Below, piece after piece: positions 23,376 to 33,512 of a stretch of DNA of 41,268 nt. Origin of the DNA: Alloascoidea hylecoeti. Lineage: Eukaryota. The DNA is taken from contig BCKZ01000003.1 of the NCBI GenBank assembly GCA_001600815.1, forward strand, positions 934,581-975,848, in the 5' to 3' direction. The notes beneath the pieces were generated by a model that saw nothing but the letters and a program-made list of their open reading frames with translations, searched no databases and was not told the DNA's origin. A program made the position numbers and the translations under genes. Every line of letters begins with the position of its first letter. Positions within the stretch are counted from its first letter, which is position 1.

Positions 23376-23929
23376 TAATCGAGTACCATTATTAAATTAT
23401 ATTTCAATATAAATATAAGGGAATCAACTTTATATCACTTCAAACTTTTATAAGCAACTCTTTCACAACAACAAAACTTATGCTGTTGAGCATATCATCA
23501 TGATCGATTAATATTCATGCAGCTACAATAATTTCTGGGTCAAGTGACATCGAGTGAACTATCAATGTTTAAAAGCAGATGTTATAGAAAATGTTGGTGG
23601 TGAGGAAGTGAGATATATCTAAATAAACTACGATGGTCCAAGAATTAGGGTGGGATTTAATTTAATGAACCTGAATTCGAAGTAGGAGAAAATATATGAT
23701 ATAAATTGCAATTTCAGCGTGTTTAAAATCAGTCAAGTCGTATAGTTTTTATGTATTCATGATTAATAGTTGACATATTCATGTAGCTATAATATACCTA
23801 ATTTAATTTAGATTTCCATACAATTGCAAACACACGTATTTGAAATGGGCTATTTTATATTAGACTTGAAGTAAATGTATCATCCAATGTAATTGTGCCA
23901 ATTGTTAAATATAAGCTTATAGAACTATA

Positions 23930-24176
23930 AAATTTAAAATATACAAACCGAACTGGCTGGGGATCAGCAATTTCTTTTTCATCCTCATCCTTAGAGTCAG
24001 GTTCAGGAATAATTCTTGGTGGTGGTGGAGGTTGAGCGTGTGTCTCGAGTGTCTTCCTCTTTATCAGAATTTGCAAGAACCGGAGAAGCTAATGGAGGTG
24101 ATGGATTGTATGGATTTGGTGCTGAAACAGTAAAGGGATTTTTTTGATTTTAAGCATGATATGTGGACTGATTCAT
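23930..24176 (-). pseudogene. Disrupted Pro-rich/acidic ORF fragment
   Basis: ATG at 24176 gives MNQSTYHA*NQKNPFTVSAPNPYNPSPPLASPVLANSDKEED, then after a frameshift THAQPPPPPRIIPEPDSKDEDEKEIADPQPVR. Composition is coding-like, with a TAA at 24150-24152 and a GC-rich promoter-like patch upstream. Confidence 0.45.
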
Positions 24177-24594
24177 GATCAGAAGATTCTTTTCTTGTTG
24201 AGGAGGAAAAGGCCTATTTTCACAAACATAAACTTGAGCAAATTTATTAATTAATAAGAGGAATCTTTACCGGTAAACATGTATGAAGTTCTTCTGGACA
24301 TTTCTGGCTTGGGTGTACACGGGTATAGGCATTATTACGAGCCGAGAAAAATGGACCCGGCCGGGCTTACAATAAAAGGCGAAATGAGAACTTAATTTTA
24401 TAAGTTTATATTTAAACTACTTATTATATTTATTATTAACTAATAAGAAGAAGAAAAAAGATAGCTAGATAATCAATTGCAATGTTATGTCTATATTGTA
24501 AATGTGATCATTAAAGCGTTTCGAGAAAGCTTGTGGTTAATTTTCAATTGTATTTTTTATGCTATTTTTTACGTTATTGTTGATGATATTAATA

Positions 24595-25627
24595 TTATTT
24601 AATCATGAAAATCTCATTTAAACTCTTCTGATCCATAGTGGCTGCTCTTTTCGCAGCGATATACCTCCTTCGAACAGCTAGTCTAGAACTAACAACAGGT
24701 CTAGCAGCAGTCAATTGATCATTAGAGTCTGTAGAAGGTGGAGCTGTGATTGTTTTATCATCATTTTCACTTGATAATTTCTTTTCATCTTTGCTCTTCT
24801 TATCTTTTTTCTCTTTCTTGTCTTTCTTTGAGTGTTTTTCTTTCTTTTCTTTCTTTTCCATCTTCTCTTTAGGTAGATGATCTTTGTCTTCTTTGGATAT
24901 ATCTTTCTTAGATCCTTTACTTTTGCTTTTCTTCTTATCTAAATCATTCTTTGACGTCTTCTTTTTGTCTTTCTTGTCCTTTGAATGACGCTTTTTTTTA
25001 GACTCATCTTCTTGTATTGTATCATTATTACTTATCGTATCTTCTCTTTTTCTCTTCTTTACTTTTTTCGTTTTCTTTTTATCTTTACTTGTATCAGTAT
25101 TATCATTAACATTATCATTATCATCCTCATCTTTATTCTTTAACTTATTTTCATCCGAATCCCACGTACTTCTTAAAACATCACCTTTAATAAAATTTAT
25201 GCCCCATTTACCATTAATAAAGTTGTCGATTCTCCTCTTTTCAATACCTTCTTCGATTTCCTCTGCCTTTCCATTTAACTTACCAAGAATTCTTTGAAAA
25301 GCATCTAAACCAAAACAATCATCATCGCCATTTCCTTGCTGCTCTTTATGTGTTTTATATCCAATACCAACATTTTCTTCTCGTAATGTAACTCTGATAT
25401 GTGACGTTATACTCTGACTTGACATGCTATTACCAAGCCCTTGACCAGGTGTCCATCCAAGTTTAGCTAGATGACGATGACCAAATTGTGTTTTATCTAA
25501 AATAATGAATAATTAAGATCAAAATGAAATATAATGCTGAGTGGAAAAAACACATACCATTTGACCAAAAGGTATTTCTTGGATCATAAGCAATTCTTGT
25601 GTCTTTTTTTGGACCTGATAATCCCAT
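24595..25627 (-). CDS. PXR1: G-patch rRNA/snoRNA maturation factor Pxr1/Gno1, 323 aa; complement(join(24595..25496,25558..25627))
   Basis: A 61-nt GTATGT...TTAG intron (25497-25557) gives MGLSGPKKDTRIAYDPRNTFWSNDKTQFGHRHLAKLGWTPGQGLG (G-patch). Also has GLDAFQRILGKLNG, KKE repeats and the C-terminal MDQKSLNEIFM. Confidence 0.96.
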
Positions 25628-25860
25628 TATTATTTTTATTTTGTTGTTTTTAATGAGTTTCAAATATTTTTCAAATATTTTTCACAGAAACAAAAGTTTA
25701 ATTTTTTTTTCAAAAATGGGTGGATGTAAGGATGCTCAGCAAAAGGGTAAAACAGATTTGTAACCAATATTTTGTTTATTACCGTTATGACATTTGACTA
25801 ACACACATGGATATCTATATAAGATGGTGTTATTTACTTTAGTTAGTTTCAACACACACA

Positions 25861-27765
25861 ATGGTTGACTTTGAAGATAATATACATTCGAACAGATTGT
25901 CTTTATTCTCTAGGTTGTCCATGGCAAGCACTTCTCTTCAAATGCCAAATAAATCAATTGTATTATGTCTGATTGACACAAAAGTTTCCGAAGTTATCAA
26001 AAAAATGAATAAAAAAGATTCAAATTTTGCACTTGTTAAAACAATTGATGGTTCAATTGTTGGTATTATTACAACAAAGGATATTGTTTTTAAAATTATT
26101 TCGGAGAATTTGAATTTCAATGAGGTTATTGCAAAAGACATTATGTCTGAGAATATTGATTCTACAACTGATGATAAGCTTATTTTTAATTCTCTTGATA
26201 ATATGATCCAGAAAAATATTGATTATTTGATTGTTTATAAATCAAATGGTGGTGGGCTAAGCCAAATTTTGGAACCAGCAAAATGCTTATATCATATGGC
26301 TAAAGTTATTGAAGATGAAAAGTTATTGGGTTTAAAGGTCAATAAAATTGATCCTGCAACTGATTTAAATGTTGAGATAAGAGAAGATGAAAGTGTCGAT
26401 GATAGTTATAAAGAGAATGAAAATGGAAATAATTATCAGGCACCGCTACTCCCATCTGCGAAGAAATCGTATCCAAATTTAGACTCAACTATTTTATCGT
26501 CCTCATCATCTTCCTCATCTTTATCCAATATAAGTTCATTGAATGCCGAAACTTATTTTATGAATATCATCAGTGAAATTGAAGATCCATTATTATCTAA
26601 ACTCATGGAATCTATCAATTCCGAAGAGGATAATGAATTGTTTGTATCTTATGTTAATGCTGATGCTAGTCTTATTACAGCAGCACGCATTATGAAAAGA
26701 AACAATGTTACTGAGTTGATTGTTAAAGATGGTGGTAGTATCATTGGTTCATGCTCAGCACAAAATTTAATTAATCAAATATTTGAATTTAATCTAGGTC
26801 CATTGATTACATCAACTCGTGAAATAATGTCGCTGGAAATACAATCGGTTCCGGATAACCTTCAAATGAATGATTTAATTGATAGAATGTCATTTTGGGA
26901 TCATGATACTTGGTCAATTTCAAATGATAAAGGAATCCTTATTGGTACAATTAATGCTTTACAATTATCAAAATATTTTATTGACAACATTAAAAAAGTT
27001 GAAAAAATTGAAAATACAGGATCAAAAAAGTTTGAACTTTCTTATTCATTTGGTGTTGTTAAAGATATTAAAAATAAAAAACCGATTTTATCAAATAATA
27101 AACAAAGATTAAGTATTATGTCAATTCCAACTCCAAGAACAGATAAATTTGGTACCGATGATGTTTTTAACTCAAGATTATCAACAGTTTCAACTACAGG
27201 TATTAATCTTAATAATATTGCTGCACCAATTTTTTCAAGAGATTGTGTAACAACAGCAGCTACACCAGGAATTAATAGAGCAAGATTTTCATTAGCAAAT
27301 CCAAAAGGTTTAATTATTGTTAAATTTCAAACTCCATCTGGTAGAATTCATAGAATAACTCATTCAGTTCTTGATAAGTTTGATATTTTATATGAAAAAA
27401 TTAAATCAAGATTAAATGGGAAAGATTTAAAAGAACTTTTAAATTTTCCAGTTGGAAATTATCCAAATTTTAAAATAAGTTTTAAGAGACAAGATCAATC
27501 ATTTGGTAATATTAATGATAATTCTGATTTATCTAAAATAATTAGTGAAATCGATAGAAAATCACCATCAACAGATGATTGTTTAACAATTAAAATATAT
27601 ATTCATAGAGTCGATACACTTCCTTTATTATACGAAAGTAACAGAAGTATCAATAGAAATGATAATATTAATTTAAATGGCTTAAATTTCAAGTTAGGTG
27701 GTGTAGTTTGCGCAACGTTGGTTATTGGAGCACTTGGAAGAAACTTATTTGATTTACGTCATTAA
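25861..27765 (+). CDS. CBS-pair + PB1 domain protein with C-terminal hydrophobic tail (Mug70-like architecture), 634 aa
   Basis: CBS motifs (IVGIITTKDIVFK, AKDIMS, ASLITAARIMK, TREIMS), a PB1-like region (VKFQTPSGRIHR...ISF...INDNSDL) and a terminal LGGVVCATLVIGALG. Divergent from PXR1 across 233 bp. Confidence 0.82.
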   Translation: MVDFEDNIHSNRLSLFSRLSMASTSLQMPNKSIVLCLIDTKVSEVIKKMNKKDSNFALVKTIDGSIVGIITTKDIVFKIISENLNFNEVIAKDIMSENIDSTTDDKLIFNSLDNMIQKNIDYLIVYKSNGGGLSQILEPAKCLYHMAKVIEDEKLLGLKVNKIDPATDLNVEIREDESVDDSYKENENGNNYQAPLLPSAKKSYPNLDSTILSSSSSSSSLSNISSLNAETYFMNIISEIEDPLLSKLMESINSEEDNELFVSYVNADASLITAARIMKRNNVTELIVKDGGSIIGSCSAQNLINQIFEFNLGPLITSTREIMSLEIQSVPDNLQMNDLIDRMSFWDHDTWSISNDKGILIGTINALQLSKYFIDNIKKVEKIENTGSKKFELSYSFGVVKDIKNKKPILSNNKQRLSIMSIPTPRTDKFGTDDVFNSRLSTVSTTGINLNNIAAPIFSRDCVTTAATPGINRARFSLANPKGLIIVKFQTPSGRIHRITHSVLDKFDILYEKIKSRLNGKDLKELLNFPVGNYPNFKISFKRQDQSFGNINDNSDLSKIISEIDRKSPSTDDCLTIKIYIHRVDTLPLLYESNRSINRNDNINLNGLNFKLGGVVCATLVIGALGRNLFDLRH

Positions 27766-30144
27766 AATTGTATATTAGTTAGAATATATAGACTTATTGG
27801 ATGTAGTATTAAAATTATGATAAATGTGAAAGCATAAATATTTATTAATAGTAATCATATATCTTTGAACGGATTGAGAATATTAGCAGTAAAAATATAC
27901 TACATACCAGTACTACACAATTATAGATTGGTTCGAAGGAGTGTTGAGATCCTAACTGCGGTGTTTCTAGTTGTTTTTGGCGCCTATCTAGTATCTACTA
28001 AATAAAATCAGTATGGAACACTTTTGGGTAGTCTATAAGTAGTCCTGCGACTTTTTGGCGTAACTGGTTCTTGACAATTTAATCCTTAAGCTTTGCTAAC
28101 TTAGAGACAAATCATGGGTAAAATATATAAAATCCATGGCTAATTGTACACGTATATTTTCAAAGAAATATTCGGCTTAGTTACGTTAATAAAAGATTAT
28201 GATCCAGTGTATTTCGTAGTAGGAGGCCGGCTGAAGACAACTTTGCTTTACAATTTCTAAGGCTTCATTATAAGAAAACGAAAAGGAGAAGAGATCTCCA
28301 ACTGATAACTCCAAAGTTTGTATAAAAGTAACCCATAGTATAAATTTATACTTATATGTATCTAAACAAAAAAAAAAAAGGAAGTCACAAGTTCATGAAC
28401 CAAACAGGTGTGGACAAAAATGTCCATTGTTGTATGAGATTTTGGACATTTTGGTTTGTCATCGAGTCCAAATTCGTTAGTAGTTTCGACAAAATATCCT
28501 AAAATATGATTGCAAAAAAATAAATCCGGAACATCTGGGTGTAAACCTCCGGGTATCGGTCAAAAGGTGGAATTCATAACATCCAGAAATGACTTTTTGT
28601 GGGACTGATCTCCAAGTTTAATTGAAAAAGTGAGGAGTTTTATGCAGATTGTGTTGTATAAGGCATACATGAATCAAAGTCTTTAACAAAAGACCGTAAT
28701 GAAATGTCATTTCAAATTCCCGAACTGTTGCTCTCCAAAAATTGATATGGATTGTGATGATGTTGAAAGTATCCCTAAGTCTTCTACAACTAAAGGTTTA
28801 TTTTGCACATACAAAAGATCCAAATTTTCACACATCTCCTAAATTGTATTAAAGATTGAGCACCAGTACTAAAGAAGAATGATGATTCCTTTACATCTAG
28901 CAATGGTTGAAGTTAAAAAACATTTTAATATTTTAACGAAATCAGAGAGAATGCTCAAATGAGGAAATTTATGTCGGAACAACCCACCTCCAACTGAAAA
29001 TGAAAAAATATACATGTAATCTTCATTTATAGCTTAAAACTTAAAAGCTAAAATGTGAACAAAAGTCTTATGGTATTGTACAATAAATTTATTTTTGTTT
29101 GCAACGTGAAGGTTAAATAAATATACCAAAAAGGTCAGAAACTCTTAAATATTATCATAAGTTATTAATAATGGTATCCCTTTAAAAAGTTATCAATTGC
29201 AACCTTGAAGACCTATATTTTATAGATTAGCCCTCTGTTTTATCTATTTGTTACAAATTGTCTAGTTTAGAGTAATATAAACGGGAATTTTCACTATTTA
29301 AGAAGAAAACAGTTTTTTCAGTACTGTAATACTTGATAAAAACCTTCACATATGATTTTTAAGATTACCGCTGTTCCTCTAAAAGTGGCTAAACAGCGGC
29401 AGCCCCATATTATGAGAATTTCATTTTTATATTGCTGTTATAGCAACGGCTGAAATACATATATCCACCTTATATAATTGATATCCTAATACTACAAGCT
29501 CTATATGTAAGTTATGTTATTTAGGCCTATACCTATACCTATACCTATATCTAGATCATGAACACTACTTGAAATCGGTGGATGCTAGATACTAGATAGT
29601 CAGTAAGTTGGTCCATCTCCAATGACTCTGCATACAGTTATAATCAATAGCAAGCTAATGAAAGAATATGTAGTCGCTTTAATTTAATTTGTCTTATCTG
29701 GCGCTTATTGTAAGGATATTTAAATTTGGGTCTTATAATTAATAATTAATTGCAAAAGGATACATTAATGAATCTCAACTATTAGGGCATTCAACGCTCA
29801 ATTGAACATATTACATTAAAGCCAACATCGCCATATCCATAAATTAATTGAATATATATTCCATAAATATATTTCATATGAGTAAAAATATTAATCAATT
29901 ATATTCATGTTTTTTAGCCAAAAGCTCATTCTTATTTTGAGATTAATGTACGGCACCATTTAAATTTATACTCGGCGGCCATGCATGTGCTCTCCATTAT
30001 CAATACAGCAGATATGCATAGGCATCTGGCTTTAAATATATAAAGAATTCCTCGATAAGTTCTCTTTGCTTTTTAACAATTTTCATCAATTGCAATTGCA
30101 ACTGTCTTTTATCTTCTCATAACTGACAGAAAAATATTTAAAAC

Positions 30145-31113
30145 ATGAGAATTCTTTCTTTACCATTGGTATTAGGCTTGACTACTTTAGTCTCTTCTCG
30201 TACGATAATTCTTACAAACGATGATGGTTGGGGGGCCAGTAACATCAGAGCAACATATAAAGCACTCAAAGAAGCAGGACACAACGTTTTCATGTCAGCA
30301 CCATTAAATGATCAATCAGGTACTGGTGGTACATTTATTTTACCAAAGACACTAACATCAGATCAAGATTCAGATTGGGGATTAGTTAAAGCAGGCCAAC
30401 CATTATACGGTTATGATACTGATGATAATCATATTTGGCATTTTCCAGGTACACCACCTAGTGCCGCCTGTTTTGGACTGGATTATGTTTTACCAAACTT
30501 CTTTAGTAACATAACCGTTGATTTAGTGATTGCAGGTCCAAACTTTGGTACAAATTTGGGGCCATTTGTCTTCACATTATCAGGCACAGTTGGTGCAACA
30601 TATTTTGCTGTTGGAAGAGGTATTCCAGCAATTGCATTTTCAGGTACAAATAAAAGATCATCATATTTAACATTGACAGATGATGAATTGAATCCATCTA
30701 ATATCTATGCCAAAAAAGTCACTGAAATTGTTAATGCATTATTTGAAAAGGCAGGTGATAATCCAAGAGTTTTACCATTATCAGTTGGATTGAATGTTAA
30801 TTTACCAGATGTCGGAACAGATTCTAAAATCGGATGTACCAATCCATCTTTCAAATACACAAGAATTACTGGAAGTAGTGCAATAACTGATAAATTGGTT
30901 TATAATGCGACAACCGGACTTTTCAAATATGGAGATTATATTTCAGCCGCAACACAAAGTTGTATTAATGGAGATTGTACCTTACCAGATGAGACATCGA
31001 TACTAAATACTAGAGATTCCTGCGTTGGAAGTATCAGTGCCTTCTCAATCGACTATGATACTCCTACTGAATTAACAAAGACGGTCGAAAATTTGTTATC
31101 GGGCGTGTTGTAA
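30145..31113 (+). CDS. Secreted SurE-family acid phosphatase / 5'-nucleotidase, 322 aa
   Basis: Signal peptide MRILSLPLVLGLTTLVSS. SurE motifs ILTNDDG, DQSGTG, GTP, GPNFGTN, SGTVGA and LNVNLP. TATATAAA at about 30037. Confidence 0.93.
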   Translation: MRILSLPLVLGLTTLVSSRTIILTNDDGWGASNIRATYKALKEAGHNVFMSAPLNDQSGTGGTFILPKTLTSDQDSDWGLVKAGQPLYGYDTDDNHIWHFPGTPPSAACFGLDYVLPNFFSNITVDLVIAGPNFGTNLGPFVFTLSGTVGATYFAVGRGIPAIAFSGTNKRSSYLTLTDDELNPSNIYAKKVTEIVNALFEKAGDNPRVLPLSVGLNVNLPDVGTDSKIGCTNPSFKYTRITGSSAITDKLVYNATTGLFKYGDYISAATQSCINGDCTLPDETSILNTRDSCVGSISAFSIDYDTPTELTKTVENLLSGVL

Positions 31114-33311
31114 GTAATACATATCATAGTAGTAGTTCTAGTGTGCTTACAATAAGCAATCTATTTCATTTAATTTTATGTTGAATGCATACTAATGTTG
31201 GTGTCATGATCGGGAATATTAATTAACTGCAGTAAACCTTAAAATATTTGACTCATCACTGCAACTGCAGCCGTTCATTCTAATTCCAAGTAAACAGAGG
31301 AAAGTACAAAACGATTTAGCCATTGAAGAGAAGCAATAATCGTCGAAATTATTAAACCACTATCCAAATATATATATATATATATTAGCTAATACTGACA
31401 TATGTACTTTGTCATTTGATACAAGATTCTTCAGTCATTTCTGTTAAATAGATTTCGTCATTTGAAAATATATTATTTTGTCTCCATTTATTATAAATAA
31501 GCTAATTTTATCATTTGAATATTATTTATTTGTGGTACCTTATATTTTCTAGAAACAACAACGACCACATGAACTCTATTTGAGATACCACAAACTTAGG
31601 GTAAGATTTTCGATTCTAAGAATGCAACCCCAGAAGTTTCTGTTAGATAAATAATATAAAATTAGATGTAACCGTATATAAACTAGAATCATGCAGAATA
31701 AGCCACGGTATTCCCCGTGGCTGTGACTGTTAAGATTTTACGTTGGATAGCAAACATATCGGACCTTTGGTTTTATCAACATACAGTCATGTGATTGATA
31801 AACTATTAGACTTAAGCTTGGGTGATAAGATTTAATTACTGGAGTGGCACGTTTCTCATAAGTTATGTGAATCATGTCGGCACCTATGGCACCAAATAAA
31901 GGCACCAGTGCAGATAATCAGTGTTAAATTTTTCACTGGAAGGTACTCGAATAGGCATCGTGGAAATATCGATATCGACATTTCCGATGTACCTACTAAG
32001 ACTTTATATCTTTATTAAATTAAAAGATTTCACTTTTATAGATCAAAACCTGATATTGAATTTTCTACTAAAAGTAACTAGCTAAAAATAACTCTATCAG
32101 AACTATGAAGAGTATATTCCATAAGTTTTGGATGTATTAATCCTGGTTTGGCTCCGTCATTGTACAGAGATTGGAAGATCAAGAAACTTCAGAGAAAACG
32201 ATTGCAAATTCAGCAAGAAATATTTCCTCTAAAATATTTGAGTACCGGTTGATAAATATATCCTTAAAGCTCTTAATTTAAGTTTATAGAAATATAATAC
32301 AATTTTCAATGCATCTGTGAATGATTTATTAAATGGCGTAGGAATTAGATTTGACATCAACGATCTGGAACTATCATAGACAACGCAATTAATTACCTGC
32401 TCAATAAATGAAAGGTAAATGATAAAATAAATTTATTTTTAATGAGTAGTGTGTTAGATGGTTAAAGATACGATGAAATGGAATCGTCTCAATTGAATAA
32501 ATATTTCATCAGCACATATAATTGTCTTTTGTTCTCTTAGAATGGTATTTAGTTTTCCAGTTTTGCTTACATGGTTGAAAATTCGGATTTTATTGACGAT
32601 TATATTATGTGCCGTTCTACGAATTGATTTCATCTTGGCGCCTAATTGCTTCACTGATTAAATAATATATTTTTCTCACCAAAATAAATTCTCCATCATG
32701 CTTAATAATTAAAACTCATAATCAATTATTGTTTTTCTTATTATTTAAATTTTATTTGTTATCAATTAATTATGATAGTACAATTAGTCTTAATATGTGT
32801 ACAATAGAATTGGCCCCCAGTTCCTTATTGGTTATAATCCACCATTTATTCAGGAAGTTATACCCAAATTTATTGAATATTCTTAGAAATTTAATTGTAA
32901 ATTAAGACTGAATGTATAGTGTTCACTTACAATATATTCATACTTCGTGCGTTGTTCGTATACGTATTATTAATATCTAGTGCAATTGGAACTTTATAGT
33001 TCTTATCTGAATCTATTCTTTATAATTATCAGTCATCTTTTAAACTTGTTTATCAGCCACCCTATACAGTAGTTAAGCATCTCTATATTATAAGCTCAAG
33101 CCTTATACCAAGTTATATCAATATCAACCGTAGTATAGAAAAAGCGAAAGCGGTTGCAGAATCTTTGGTTTAACAGGCGTCGAAATTAAATATGATGACT
33201 GAAATATAACTTACAACACCAATTCAGCAATAATAATTAGTATTAAAATGTTGTGTTCAGATCAAATTGTTGGGAGTGCTACAACGCTATATTTGTTCGG
33301 TTCTAACGGGG

Positions 33312-33367
33312 TTCGGTGATAGACGGGGTTACATGGAGGATGCTTTTGCGATGAATCCGCTATAAAA
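33312..33367 (+). promoter_or_regulatory. CGG-N7-CGG element plus TATA box of YOR1 copy 1
   Basis: TTCGGTGATAGACGGGGTT (33312-33330) and TATAAAA (33361-33367). A counterpart is conserved upstream of copy 2. Confidence 0.55.
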
Positions 33368-33512
33368 CTAGGCACAATAGTACATTCTTAATCTTTAAAT
33401 ATTACTACTTTCATTAATTATAAATATTTATTAATCACAAACTCGCTTGATTGGTTTTAATTTCTTATTCAAATAAATCCTCTTTTCGTTTTGAAAAAAA
33501 ATAAAAACCGTC

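Noticed and set aside
25716..25860. Upstream exon or 5' intron for the CBS-PB1 gene (GACTAAC at 25796-25802)
   Set aside because: No GTATGT donor, and the nearest acceptors do not give an open frame. Not supportable without RNA data.
28380..29020. Gag zinc-knuckle or MITE-like relic (TGGACAAAAATGTCCA palindrome, CTY..SKF.HTS)
   Set aside because: Needs several edits to form CCHC, and no termini or second copy were found.
32050..32660. Coding-like patch and 66-aa ORF upstream of YOR1
   Set aside because: Stops in all frames and no recognisable motif; could be a decayed element but cannot be assigned.
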